Shown here piece by piece: positions 19,290-29,537 of a stretch of DNA of 48,102 bases. Position numbers and translations under genes: made by a program. The DNA is from a virus (taxonomy: Duplodnaviria > Caudoviricetes), in the IMG/VR virus record IMGVR_UViG_3300030330_000641, positions 1 to 48,102 of that record. The stretch is one strand, 5' to 3'. The notes under the pieces are model-generated. The model searched no databases and was not told the origin of the DNA. It worked only from the letters and a program-made list of their open reading frames with translations. Positions within the stretch are counted from its first letter, which is position 1. Every line of letters starts with the position of its first letter.

Positions 19290-19901
19290 CTATACCTCTT
19301 CCATTTCTATAAAACTGCCATCTGATTCTACAGGGGAGTCTTCTATGCGTTGATCTATTTTCCTACGTGCAGCAACTGCTTTTTGGGCTTCCATAGCACG
19401 ACCCTCTAATTCTTTTTCAAACGCCATGCCTCTCATTATTCTAGCTTCTTCAGGTTTTTGATTAACAAATGTTTCTAAAAGCATATTTTCTCTACCTTGC
19501 ATAGCTTCCATTTCTGCTTCAGGGTCTTCTAAGAATATTTGTATATCTACACCTTCTTGTTTTGCCATGTCTACAAAAAACACAGTTAACGAAGGTTTTA
19601 TTCCTTCAGCTAAGTCTGGAGTTATAGCACCAGTATGTGCTAAATGTTTTGTCATAGTATTTATAATTACTTCTAAAGGTATACCTGAAGCTAATGTTTC
19701 TAATGTTCTTTCTTTTAACTCTGGAGAAGAAAATTTTTTAGTTAGTTTTTGATACAATTCTTCAGGGTCTGTAACTCTAGGAGGTTTTTCAAAAGGCATA
19801 TCCCCTTGTTCTGTAGTTAAGGATTGACCTGGTATTGGATAACCAAAAGGATCACGTCTACCATTCATATCCATATCAGGTGTTTCTAATCTTGTTTCCA
19901 T
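19290..19901 (-). CDS. Putative virion-associated protein (203 aa)
   Basis: PFGYPIPGQSLT...PFEKPP motif. Lies in the internal-protein block. Confidence 0.55.
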   Translation of the reverse strand: METRLETPDMDMNGRRDPFGYPIPGQSLTTEQGDMPFEKPPRVTDPEELYQKLTKKFSSPELKERTLETLASGIPLEVIINTMTKHLAHTGAITPDLAEGIKPSLTVFFVDMAKQEGVDIQIFLEDPEAEMEAMQGRENMLLETFVNQKPEEARIMRGMAFEKELEGRAMEAQKAVAARRKIDQRIEDSPVESDGSFIEMEEV

Positions 19902-19902
19902 T

Positions 19903-20412
19903 CTAGTCTCCTTTTAAAACATCAGGCAATTTTATATTTACTTCTGGAATATCAACAAAAGCTGAAGATGTATTTATTGGAATATTTTTACCTTGAACAA
20001 TACTATCTCTAAGTTTTTCTACTTGTGACTCTGTATCTTTAAGAATACTTTCTACTGTTCCTTTAAAGTCTTTCATACCTGTTGCCTGCACATTATAATT
20101 TGGATAAGGTTCTACTACTTTACTTGAAACAGAAGACGGTCCAACTGTTGGAGTTTTTGATTGCTCTCCTACATTTTCAACTAAAGGTTGAATAAGACTC
20201 CTAGTTCCTCCAGGTTCTTTTTTTGTTCTTTCTCTTGATTCTTTATACTTTTCTTTTAAATCATCTACACCTATAAAACCAAACAACTCTCCTTCTTCAT
20301 CTACAAAAGGAGAAGCTACAATTTTTAAAGCATCTGAAGCAGCATCACCTACCCAGTCTAAAGTGTCTCCTATTGCACCCCACATATCTCTTAATCCAGG
20401 AATACCTGCCAT
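19903..20412 (-). CDS. Hypothetical protein in the internal-protein block (169 aa)
   Basis: GGAGAG RBS and tight packing with neighbours. Confidence 0.6.
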   Translation of the reverse strand: MAGIPGLRDMWGAIGDTLDWVGDAASDALKIVASPFVDEEGELFGFIGVDDLKEKYKESRERTKKEPGGTRSLIQPLVENVGEQSKTPTVGPSSVSSKVVEPYPNYNVQATGMKDFKGTVESILKDTESQVEKLRDSIVQGKNIPINTSSAFVDIPEVNIKLPDVLKGD

Positions 20413-20422
20413 TTTACTCTCC

Positions 20423-23215
20423 TTAAATTTCTATTGCAGCATCTACAATTATAGAACCAATAGATTCTACAGCATCGCCTTTTACTTGTAAATTATACAA
20501 AGCTCTTTGTTGTGCAGCATTTAAATTCATTTTAGCTATTTCATGTGCATACTGTCTATCTGTCATACCTGAAGTAAATAACCAACCTGCTTCATCTCTA
20601 TATTGTTGCCATAAATTATTTAAAGCACTTTGATTTATACCTAAAACATTTAATGCATTTTGCCTATTAGCTTCATTTTGTATTGCAGTGTTTTGTGTAT
20701 TTATTTGCCTACGCCAAGCTGCATTAGACTGATTAATCTGTGCTTGCATTGTAGAATTAAATTTTTCTCTATTATCTATTAATGATGCATTAAATCTTGA
20801 ATGAGCATTGGTTTGATCTACGTTAAACTCTTTCATAGAGGCTACTCTATTTGCATTTTGTTGAGCTACAGAAGCCCCTAACTGTGCAAAAAATTCATCT
20901 ACTTGATTTTCACTAGTAGCATTAAATTGTTGTCTAGCATTGTCTGCTGCAGCATCTGTAAACAATGCATTAATTCTAGATTGGTAACTTAAAACTTCAC
21001 CCTGTTGTTTGTTTGAAAGGTTTGCCATATCCATATTTAAAAAGTTTTGAGCATTTACTACTTGTGCTTGTTGTCTGTTATTTAAATTAGCCATATCCAT
21101 ACTTGCATATGTTGCAGCATTTTGTAAAGCCATTTTCATTTCAGAGTCTAAGTTTGCTAAAGTCATGTTTTGCATAAGCTGTGAGTTATTTAAATTACGT
21201 TGTTGTTCTTCATTAAACGTTAGATTGTTTACTTCAGCTACTCTAGCAGCATTTACAACAGCTCTTTGTTGATCATTACTAAGTTCTTGCCCTGTAAGTG
21301 CAGCATCTATTTGTGCTTTAGACAACTCTCTTTGTTGTTTAAATGACATGTTAGACATAGACACTTGCATATTATTTATAGAATCTTGCATAATTCCTTG
21401 CTGTTCATTATTAAGGTTAATACCTTCTATTTCAGCATATCTTGTAGCATTTACTATTTGTCTTTGTTGTTCAAATCCTAACTCTCTTTCTTGTAAAGAA
21501 GCTCTTAACTGTGCATTAGCTAAAGAAGCCTGTTGCATGTTAGAAAGACTTTGAGATTGTAACTTGTAACTGTTAGTAGAATTAGATAAAGCTTCTTGTT
21601 GTCTTGCATTTAGATCAGCTAAACCTATTTTTAAAGCAGCAGCTTGATTAGCCAAAGCAACTTTCTGTTTATTATTTATATTAGTAAGATTTATTTCTCT
21701 AAATATTTGAGCATCCTGTGCAGCTATAGGTAAAGAAGACTCCATTGCAGCTTGCATAATTGCAGCACCTGCCATAGAACTTGCAGATAAACCTCTAGCA
21801 GCCATTTGTGCTTCAGCATTTCTTATTGCACCTGCAGCGTATGGTGGAACTTTACCATCAGCAAATTGTGCCATAAGGTTTGTTAGTTGCCCTTGTATAG
21901 TAGCCTCTACAGGTACTTCGGACATTTGTTGTGTTATAGCTTGAGCAGTAGCTCTAGTTTGTTCATCTTCACTAGACTGTGCAGCTACCATTGTAGCATT
22001 ATCTCTTAACTCTGCCATAACTTGTGCAGTGCCTTGGTTAGCAGTTCTAGGATCAATAGGTTGTACTATTTCATTTGTAGTTATAGAACGTGAAGCCGCA
22101 TCTATTTTATCATTAAAGTTACCAGTAAAATCGCCTACAGTCGGTGTCTTTCTTCTATCTACACTAGCCATGTCTGTAGCAACAACACCTTCAGCTTTCT
22201 TCTGTTCTATGCTTTCTCTTTGTGGTGCTTGCCCAATAATAGATTCGCCTACAACTGGTCTACCTGTTATCTCATCTACAGTATCTGTAAGTGTGTTTAG
22301 AGTCTGTGCATTTAAAGCTTGGTTTGTTACATCATTAATAGTATTTGTAGTGCTTGCTACGGTATCGGCATTGCTTTTAATTGTATAGCCTGCTGCTTGT
22401 AGGGCTTGAATTTGTTCGTCACTTATAATTTCTGTAGGTGCTAATTGTGTTGGTCCTAACTGTACGCCTGCAGTGGTTTCTAATTCACCTGTCTTTACTT
22501 CTATATCTGTAGGTTTTATTTTAGCTGTTTCAGGAAGATTAGGGTCGATACCTGTAAGTCCTGCCGTCTGATCAAACTGATTTATTACATTTTCGAATCT
22601 AGTTTCAAGAGCAGCTTCGCCTGTACCTTGTCCTCCAGTACCCCCAGTGCCTCCAGTACCTCCAGTTACAGTATCATTACCTGCACCACCAGTGATAGTA
22701 TCGTTACCTGCACCACCAGTGATAGTATTATCTGAAGTGCCTGCTGCACCGTCAGGACCGAGTGTAGTATTACCTCGTAGTATTCTTGTATCTGCTGCAT
22801 TAACTTTACCATCAGCATTTAAGTCTACCGTAGCGTTTGGACCAAAAACATCTTTAGATGCATTTAATGCAGCTAAGTCACTTTTATCTATTGCTAAAGT
22901 AGAGTTTTCAGTAGGTATACCTGCCTGTGTTGTTTGAGTAAGAAAGTCTGTAGTTCCCTGAGCACCGACACCTGTGTCCATTGCGGTAGATACTTGCCCT
23001 TGAGGAGTAATAAATTGAGAAGGTATAGTATCATTACCTGCACCACCAGTTAAAGTAACATTAGGAGTTACAGGTCCAGGAGGCTGATTAATTTGATACT
23101 GCTTAACCATATCTGTTATCTGAGATTGAGTTAAACCACCAAGAAACATGTTTTGCCTAGCTAAGGCTCCTGCTCTCATTTGTTTTTCTTTATCTGTTAA
23201 TGGTACTTTAGGCAT
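20423..23215 (-). CDS. Putative DNA-ejection/internal virion protein, Q/N/A-rich helical, with N-terminal RTX-like and EF-hand/dockerin-like motifs (930 aa)
   Basis: ARGLSASSMAGAAIMQAAMESSLPIAAQDA, long Q/N repeats (NLNNRQQA-type), GGAGNDT x3 and DLNADGKVNAAD. Confidence 0.65.
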   Translation of the reverse strand: MPKVPLTDKEKQMRAGALARQNMFLGGLTQSQITDMVKQYQINQPPGPVTPNVTLTGGAGNDTIPSQFITPQGQVSTAMDTGVGAQGTTDFLTQTTQAGIPTENSTLAIDKSDLAALNASKDVFGPNATVDLNADGKVNAADTRILRGNTTLGPDGAAGTSDNTITGGAGNDTITGGAGNDTVTGGTGGTGGTGGQGTGEAALETRFENVINQFDQTAGLTGIDPNLPETAKIKPTDIEVKTGELETTAGVQLGPTQLAPTEIISDEQIQALQAAGYTIKSNADTVASTTNTINDVTNQALNAQTLNTLTDTVDEITGRPVVGESIIGQAPQRESIEQKKAEGVVATDMASVDRRKTPTVGDFTGNFNDKIDAASRSITTNEIVQPIDPRTANQGTAQVMAELRDNATMVAAQSSEDEQTRATAQAITQQMSEVPVEATIQGQLTNLMAQFADGKVPPYAAGAIRNAEAQMAARGLSASSMAGAAIMQAAMESSLPIAAQDAQIFREINLTNINNKQKVALANQAAALKIGLADLNARQQEALSNSTNSYKLQSQSLSNMQQASLANAQLRASLQERELGFEQQRQIVNATRYAEIEGINLNNEQQGIMQDSINNMQVSMSNMSFKQQRELSKAQIDAALTGQELSNDQQRAVVNAARVAEVNNLTFNEEQQRNLNNSQLMQNMTLANLDSEMKMALQNAATYASMDMANLNNRQQAQVVNAQNFLNMDMANLSNKQQGEVLSYQSRINALFTDAAADNARQQFNATSENQVDEFFAQLGASVAQQNANRVASMKEFNVDQTNAHSRFNASLIDNREKFNSTMQAQINQSNAAWRRQINTQNTAIQNEANRQNALNVLGINQSALNNLWQQYRDEAGWLFTSGMTDRQYAHEIAKMNLNAAQQRALYNLQVKGDAVESIGSIIVDAAIEI

Positions 23216-23225
23216 ATTTTTCTCT

Positions 23226-23393
23226 CTAGCTCATTATAATTTTTATTAGCAAACCTATTACAGAAACACTAGCTCCTATAAGTATAGCTTCTATTCTGTA
23301 CAGTCTTTTATCTATTGCTTCATATCTACTTGTACATGCATCTACATGATCGTCTATTTTTTGGTTTACTATACTTGCAGTGGTTTTAGGCAT
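23226..23393 (-). CDS. 55-aa protein with a coiled coil and C-terminal TM helix (not in ORF track)
   Basis: MPKTTASIVNQKIDDHVDACTSRYEAIDKRLYRIEAILIGASVSVIGLLIKIIMS. AAGGAG RBS, and the ORF exactly fills an intergenic gap. Confidence 0.75.
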   Translation of the reverse strand: MPKTTASIVNQKIDDHVDACTSRYEAIDKRLYRIEAILIGASVSVIGLLIKIIMS

Positions 23394-23406
23394 GTTTGCT
23401 CCTTAG

Positions 23407-23862
23407 TTATATTTGTATTACATTAGCCATAATACTATGACTTGCAGCACTTGTTGATGCAGTTCCTCTAGTGCAACCTGTAAGATTTGTTCCATCTACT
23501 CCAGTATAAGTAATTTTTTCATCACCTATTTGTACAGTACCAGATGTTGTAAATGGGTTTGAATTACCTACATTAATAGTCGTTACAGAGTCATTAATAT
23601 CAGCTTTTAAAAATCTTTCACCTTTAAAATTTGTATTAGCTGACCATGAAGAGCCATCATATTTGTATTTATCACCGAACCAATCTGATTTAGCCTCTAC
23701 GCCTGTGTGTAGTGTTACATTACTTGAATTGCAATCTGCAATAGTTAATTCAACTGTGTCACCCTCACTTACAGTAGTTTGTGTAGAAGTAACATTTATT
23801 GTTTTACTATCTGAAAAATAGTGCATACTTATGTTATTTTCTTTCCATGTTAATGTTTGCAT
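23407..23862 (-). CDS. Tail-fibre-associated protein (151 aa)
   Basis: Directly follows the tail fibre. KYKYDGSSWSAN and GTVQIGDEKITYTG...LTGCTRG...AASH module. Confidence 0.55.
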   Translation of the reverse strand: MQTLTWKENNISMHYFSDSKTINVTSTQTTVSEGDTVELTIADCNSSNVTLHTGVEAKSDWFGDKYKYDGSSWSANTNFKGERFLKADINDSVTTINVGNSNPFTTSGTVQIGDEKITYTGVDGTNLTGCTRGTASTSAASHSIMANVIQI

Positions 23863-23879
23863 TGTTCTATTCCTTTATT

Positions 23880-26800
23880 TTATGCCGAAGCACCACCTGT
23901 TCCTGTTACTAATATTTTATCAGCAGCTATAGCTTTACCAACAAGTGCTTTAGAAGAACCTGCAGAAGTTTCTAAATTGTTATTAGTTTCAAGATAATAT
24001 GTAGTGCCTATAGTTAAACTTGATTGGTTGTCACCTACGCTACCTAACATAGCAACTTTAGCAGTTCCACCATCAGATACTGAATTTGTAGATATGCCTA
24101 TAAAATCTAAATTATTACTGTCGGTAGATAATTGTCTTACCACCATTTTACCTGGATTGTCAGTATCATCACTTTTATAAAATACAGGTGTAGCATTACC
24201 TGAAGGCATTGATGTTGTTGTGTTTATAACAAAAGGGGTAATATTAGCGTAGCTTACACCTAGTAGAGCTCTATCAGAACCTTTTGCAAAACTGTTACCA
24301 TTAAAACTAATTTCATTAGAGTACATATAATTACTTATATCTCCATTTTCATACACAGCTAAAAACTTTTTAGCACTTGCATTATAACCTATTCCTGCAC
24401 TTGGATAATTTGTAATATTATCATTAACTACAGAAGCACTTATAGTTGCAGAGGGGTCAGTACCAAGTGCACTATTGCTCATACTCACACCTGCACATTC
24501 TAAATCATTGTTACCACTATTTCTAAAAGCAACTGCAAACAATTTAGAATCTTCACTGTCATACGGTATAGGTACTGATAGCTGACCTTCAGCTTGCTCT
24601 CCAAGAAGAGTGCAACTAGTTGACTTAACAGTTAATGCACCTGAACCAGAGGCTTTATCTACTACACCTGCTCCTGAGTTACCACTATGGTCATAAGCAA
24701 GGGAAAGACATTTTACATGATGTGAATTATCATAGTCTATATATGAAAATAAAATTTTGTTATATTGAGTATCAATTCCTACTTGTGCTTGATAAACCTC
24801 ACCACCATTTCCACTTATTATACCTTCCCAAGAATTATTACTATTAGAAGGTAAATTTTGCACATCATTATCAGTGCCACCACGAACAGTGATAACATGA
24901 GTAGCAACACCATAACTATCAGTACTACCTAAAGAACCTCCACCAGAACCTATAGCCATGTAACAAATTCTACCTGTTCCTTTATTGCTACTGGTGGTTG
25001 AACTACCACTAATTGAACCAACATCTTCTAAAGAGAAAAATATTTCTCCTTGAAATGTATTTAAATCTAAAAGTAATGCAGGACTTGTCCAACTAATACT
25101 TGTGCCTGAAAGAGTACCTATACAATATTTTTGTTTGTTGCTGTCAGCATCGTCATTATATTTAAAAAATATTCTATCAATACTTGGAAGATATATTGCG
25201 GATATTCTACTTTGATAACCCCCTGATGTATCAACTACTTTTCCTTCACTGCCAAAACTAGCAGTACCGTTTGACGCAATAGTTACTACTTTATAATATA
25301 AATCTCTATTGTCACTGTCTTGATTCCATCTATAAAACAGCACTATTTTACCAGTATCAGCTATTTTACATGCTCTATATATAAATCTAGCAGTACCGAA
25401 AGTTTCTACTTCACCTTGCAACGAACCAGATGTCCCTGCTGCAGCAGTAGCTTTTACTTTACCTGCACTTGTTAGAGCAACTGTGTTACCTGCTGATATT
25501 GAACCATCTGCTACCATGTCAACAGTAGTGCCACCCCCATCAGCCCAAGATAAATTATTAGAACCATCTGTTTTAAGAACTTGATCTGCAGTTCCATCGG
25601 CATTAGGTAATACCCATACTTCATTAGAAGCTATAGCATCTGGAGCTTTAAAACCTACATAGTTTGCACCATTAGCTGCAAGTTCTTGAAATTTTAATTC
25701 TGTAGTATTACCTGAACTAGAACCATGTGGAGCAAGAGCAACACCATTTGCAGCTACAATAGCTGTAGTATCATTACCATCTTCATCATATTCTATACTA
25801 AAATCTTGATCTGATCCAAGATAAATTTTCTTATCATCTGCAATATATAAGTCACCCCATTCAAGAGATGTACTACCTATATCAGCACCACCTGAAGTAT
25901 CAGGTACAATAGAAGTTTCTGCTGTAAATGTATTTGTTCTAATTCCAGAAGTGCCATTATCAATAGCACCAAAACCTGAAGTTATAGAGCCCCCATCTAA
26001 TGCTCCTGTAGATGTAATATTAGTTTGTGCTGCAGTAGACAATGTTCCTGCTAAAGTTCCACCAGTTACTGTACCTGTAGTAGTAATAGCAGAAGAACCT
26101 ACATCTATAGCACCAAAATTAGATGATATAGAACCACCATCTAAAGCACCTACAGAAGTTATGTTTGTTTGTGCGGCAGTTGTTAATGTACCTGCAATGT
26201 TACCAAAAACTACATTACCTGCTGTGCCACTAAATACTTCTGAAGAGTTTGTAGCATCTGGTATAAATGTAAATGCACTTGCAGAATCATCATAGCCAAA
26301 AAAGCCTACTTTAGCTGCAGAACCATTATGGTATCTAAACTCAATACCTCTATCTTTGTTATCATCAGAACCTGGAGCAGTATCACCACCTAATGTAAAG
26401 ATAGGATCATCTATAGTTACTGTAGTTGAATTTACTGTTGTCGTAGTTCCATTTACTGTAAGATCACCTGCTACCGCAACATTAGCACCATCAAATGTTA
26501 AAGCAGTAGTAGTGCCTGATTTAATAATTAAATTACCAGAAGTATTTGTAGCACTACCAAATGTTGTGCCTCCATCTTTAAAGAATATATCTCCCCCATC
26601 TGCATCTAATATAATATCTGTTGTAGCATCTAAAGTTAAATCACCACCAGAGTCTATTTCTGCTATTACAGGAGTTGTTAATGTTTTATTTGTTAAAGTG
26701 TCTGTAGTAGTTTTACCTACTAAAGTATCTGTCGTAGCAGGTAAAGTTAAAGTTATATTACCACTAAAATCTGAGTGTGCAGGAGCTTGTAGCTGTGCAT

Positions 26801-28007
26801 AGTGTGCATTACTAACTTCACAATAAAATCTTACATAAGATTGAGCACCAGAATTTTTAATTGATATAGCACCTGATTGCATATCAATACCATTAGAACC
26901 ATCTATTCTTACAACACCAGAACCATTTGGTGTAAGAGCTATGTTACCATTAGATGTAGAAACTAAACCATTACCATTTACATCTAAATCTCCACCTAGT
27001 TGTGGAGTAGAATCTTCTGCAACATTAGCTATACCAGAAGATGTAGCAAGACCTGATACCAATGTGCTTCTTGTTATTTTTTTTAATCCACCACCAGAAG
27101 TATCTACAGCTAATAAAACATCATCATTAGCCACACTACTTATTTCAGATAAATCACCTACTGCTGTAGGATTATAATTTGTACCATCAGCAATAAGTAA
27201 ATTACCTGCAGTGTTAGTAGCCATAGTAAGATCATCACCAGATATAGTAAGATCACCTGCAATAGTTAAGTTTCTTATACCAGTTAAGTCTTTGTTTGAG
27301 TCAACTATAACAGCTTTTGATGCTGAAACTGTACCTGGAGTTATACCGTCAACTAAATTTAATTCTGCTGTAGTAGACGTAACACCATCTAATATATTTA
27401 GTTCTGCAGTAGTAGAAGTTACACCATCAAGTATGTTAAGTTCTGCTGTTGTAGAAGTTACACCATCTAAAATGTTTAATTCTGTTGCTGTTGCTGTAAC
27501 ACCATCAAGTATATTTAACTCTGCACCTGTAGCAGTTATTGTAGTGCCACCTAAAGTTAAAGAACCTGATATGTCTACATTACCATTTATATCTACAGTA
27601 GTAGCAGCTATTTGTATTTCTGTATCAGCAACTAAATCTAACTGCCCATCAGTAGAAGAGTTAATGTATATTGCAGTGTCTCTAAATTGTATTTTTTCTG
27701 TAGTGCTTAGTAGTAGATCATCAGAAAACTGAAAATAATCTTCATCTTCCATCCAAGTAATAACACCATCATTTGAATTAGCATTAAATGTAACAGCTAT
27801 ATCGGTATCTGCACCTGTACCCATACTAATAGTATTACTAAATAATGTAGATATAGGACCACCATCACCTGCTGTGCTACCATCATGTTTGTGACCTGTA
27901 CTTACGTTAAAAGCTGCTAATATAGCATTAAACTCATTATTAGTATGAGCTGCTGTAATTGTATCTCCTGTAGTATAAGTTGATTGTCTTGCTGAATAAC
28001 CTGCCAT
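23880..28007 (-). CDS. Tail fibre / receptor-binding protein (1375 aa)
   Basis: N-terminal anchor (NEFNAILAAF...GHKHDG), G/T/S-rich repeats, 13-aa ELNILDGV repeats, fibre modules (TPQLGGDLDVNG; QVLKTDGSNNLSW) and an aromatic-rich C-terminal domain. Confidence 0.85.
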   Translation of the reverse strand: MAGYSARQSTYTTGDTITAAHTNNEFNAILAAFNVSTGHKHDGSTAGDGGPISTLFSNTISMGTGADTDIAVTFNANSNDGVITWMEDEDYFQFSDDLLLSTTEKIQFRDTAIYINSSTDGQLDLVADTEIQIAATTVDINGNVDISGSLTLGGTTITATGAELNILDGVTATATELNILDGVTSTTAELNILDGVTSTTAELNILDGVTSTTAELNLVDGITPGTVSASKAVIVDSNKDLTGIRNLTIAGDLTISGDDLTMATNTAGNLLIADGTNYNPTAVGDLSEISSVANDDVLLAVDTSGGGLKKITRSTLVSGLATSSGIANVAEDSTPQLGGDLDVNGNGLVSTSNGNIALTPNGSGVVRIDGSNGIDMQSGAISIKNSGAQSYVRFYCEVSNAHYAQLQAPAHSDFSGNITLTLPATTDTLVGKTTTDTLTNKTLTTPVIAEIDSGGDLTLDATTDIILDADGGDIFFKDGGTTFGSATNTSGNLIIKSGTTTALTFDGANVAVAGDLTVNGTTTTVNSTTVTIDDPIFTLGGDTAPGSDDNKDRGIEFRYHNGSAAKVGFFGYDDSASAFTFIPDATNSSEVFSGTAGNVVFGNIAGTLTTAAQTNITSVGALDGGSISSNFGAIDVGSSAITTTGTVTGGTLAGTLSTAAQTNITSTGALDGGSITSGFGAIDNGTSGIRTNTFTAETSIVPDTSGGADIGSTSLEWGDLYIADDKKIYLGSDQDFSIEYDEDGNDTTAIVAANGVALAPHGSSSGNTTELKFQELAANGANYVGFKAPDAIASNEVWVLPNADGTADQVLKTDGSNNLSWADGGGTTVDMVADGSISAGNTVALTSAGKVKATAAAGTSGSLQGEVETFGTARFIYRACKIADTGKIVLFYRWNQDSDNRDLYYKVVTIASNGTASFGSEGKVVDTSGGYQSRISAIYLPSIDRIFFKYNDDADSNKQKYCIGTLSGTSISWTSPALLLDLNTFQGEIFFSLEDVGSISGSSTTSSNKGTGRICYMAIGSGGGSLGSTDSYGVATHVITVRGGTDNDVQNLPSNSNNSWEGIISGNGGEVYQAQVGIDTQYNKILFSYIDYDNSHHVKCLSLAYDHSGNSGAGVVDKASGSGALTVKSTSCTLLGEQAEGQLSVPIPYDSEDSKLFAVAFRNSGNNDLECAGVSMSNSALGTDPSATISASVVNDNITNYPSAGIGYNASAKKFLAVYENGDISNYMYSNEISFNGNSFAKGSDRALLGVSYANITPFVINTTTSMPSGNATPVFYKSDDTDNPGKMVVRQLSTDSNNLDFIGISTNSVSDGGTAKVAMLGSVGDNQSSLTIGTTYYLETNNNLETSAGSSKALVGKAIAADKILVTGTGGASA
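27340..27535 (-). repeat. Five tandem 39-bp / 13-aa repeats in the tail fibre (TSTTAELNILDGV)
   Basis: Translation reads TATGAELNILDGV-TATATELNILDGV-TSTTAELNILDGV-TSTTAELNILDGV-TSTTAELNLVDGI. The DNA copies differ at synonymous sites. Confidence 0.9.
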
Positions 28008-28010
28008 TGC

Positions 28011-29537
28011 TTATCTCCTACCTGCTGCTGCAAATTCTAAACTAAAACCTCTTAGTGAATAAGGTGCTGAGGTTTCATTTTGTTTTTCTGTAAATTGGAC
28101 TGCTACTGCAAATCCTGAACCTGTTATAGGTTGTCTAACTAGTATAAATTCTGCACCACCATATATTGAACTTCCATATGTTGCTGATCCATATAATGCT
28201 AAATCTGCTATTTCTGTAAATGGTATACTGTTTGGATTTAGTACATCTTGTGAACCAAAATCATATTCTAAACCTAAGTTAGTAGTTAGCTCACCTTCTG
28301 GTCTATAATTTAATATTACTCTGTGAAATCTTTTTCTAATACCAGGGTCGCCCATAGTTAAGTGTGCTGATTTAAATCTAGCTTCTAAACTTATTGTATC
28401 ATTAGAAGCATTTGTAAAAGTATTACCAGATTCTTGTTTATATACATAACCATCATAACCACCATGCACTATAGTTTCTACATCATTTATATAATTACTA
28501 TCTGCACAGTTAGGTTTTATTCCTCTTATATCAGAATACTCCCACCTATCGCCTTTAAATACAGCTATAACTCCTTTACAATCTGCTTCAGCACCTTGAT
28601 CTGCAAAAAATATTCTATATTGTGTTTTAGCTTTTATAACTACAGAGTTTATTTTATCTGCTACAGTGCTAAAATTTAATTCTGTAAATCTTCTTTGTAT
28701 AGGTCTAGATATAACACCTAACTCTACATCACCAATTTTTTCTGTACCTGCAATAGTTCTTAAACCATCGGCAGCTAAAAAAATAATATCACCGCCTACT
28801 TCTTGTATGCTTTGCGGTGCAATACATCCTACATTAGTTGTAACTGGTTGCATTTGAAAGTCTGATATACTGTTTCCTACTATTCTAAATATTGCATTAT
28901 CACAAAACACATAAAGTTGTTCTCTAAATACTTTTAATCCTGTTATATTACCTGTTACAGATATAGAACCTGCACCTTTAGCAGCACTAAACTCTCCCTC
29001 TGCATATGGGGCAGAGAATATTACTTTTTGTGGTGTAGCAGACATGCCTGCATAAAAAGCATGATTTCTAAATATCTTTACAAACTTAGGGTTAGCAGGT
29101 GCTCCTGTGCCATTTATATCTGTTACTGAACTATTGTTGTAAGAAGATGCATTGTTAGCACCATCAGCCCATATTATTTTATCTGTACCATCCATATTGT
29201 ATGTATCAAAATCATATCTACCTGCACTAGTTCTACCAGAATCTATTTGTGTTATAGAACCATTAGATGTAGGCACTCTAAATACTTCAGTACCTCTAGC
29301 AGCTATAACTTGATCTTTATATACAGCAGCCATAAGAATAGCACCTGTAGTGCTTCCAGATGTAATTTCATTTGTATTAAATTTAGTAAAACCTGAAATA
29401 CGCCTATACCCACCACCAATATCAGGTTCAAAATTTCTTAACTCCATAGCTTCTCCTGGCTCCATCTCAAACTGTGACTTGTTCAAGACTAAACCGCCTC
29501 TAAAATTAACTACAAATGGGTTCAACATATCTGCCAT
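28011..29537 (-). CDS. Tail nozzle / tail tubular protein B-like (P22 gp10/T7 gp12 role)
   Basis: 508 aa of beta-propeller-like sequence (NVGCIAPQSIQEVGGDIIFLAADGLR), located between the adaptor and the fibre. Confidence 0.75.
   Translation of the reverse strand: MADMLNPFVVNFRGGLVLNKSQFEMEPGEAMELRNFEPDIGGGYRRISGFTKFNTNEITSGSTTGAILMAAVYKDQVIAARGTEVFRVPTSNGSITQIDSGRTSAGRYDFDTYNMDGTDKIIWADGANNASSYNNSSVTDINGTGAPANPKFVKIFRNHAFYAGMSATPQKVIFSAPYAEGEFSAAKGAGSISVTGNITGLKVFREQLYVFCDNAIFRIVGNSISDFQMQPVTTNVGCIAPQSIQEVGGDIIFLAADGLRTIAGTEKIGDVELGVISRPIQRRFTELNFSTVADKINSVVIKAKTQYRIFFADQGAEADCKGVIAVFKGDRWEYSDIRGIKPNCADSNYINDVETIVHGGYDGYVYKQESGNTFTNASNDTISLEARFKSAHLTMGDPGIRKRFHRVILNYRPEGELTTNLGLEYDFGSQDVLNPNSIPFTEIADLALYGSATYGSSIYGGAEFILVRQPITGSGFAVAVQFTEKQNETSAPYSLRGFSLEFAAAGRR

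Noticed and set aside
27340-27535. 39-bp periodic repeats as a possible CRISPR array or DGR repeat
   Set aside because: They are in-frame coding repeats with synonymous divergence and no spacers. There is no reverse transcriptase or cas operon in the window.
25951-27732. Plus-strand ORFs of 78-173 aa opposite the tail fibre
   Set aside because: Antisense shadows caused by codon bias, with no RBS or independent motifs.
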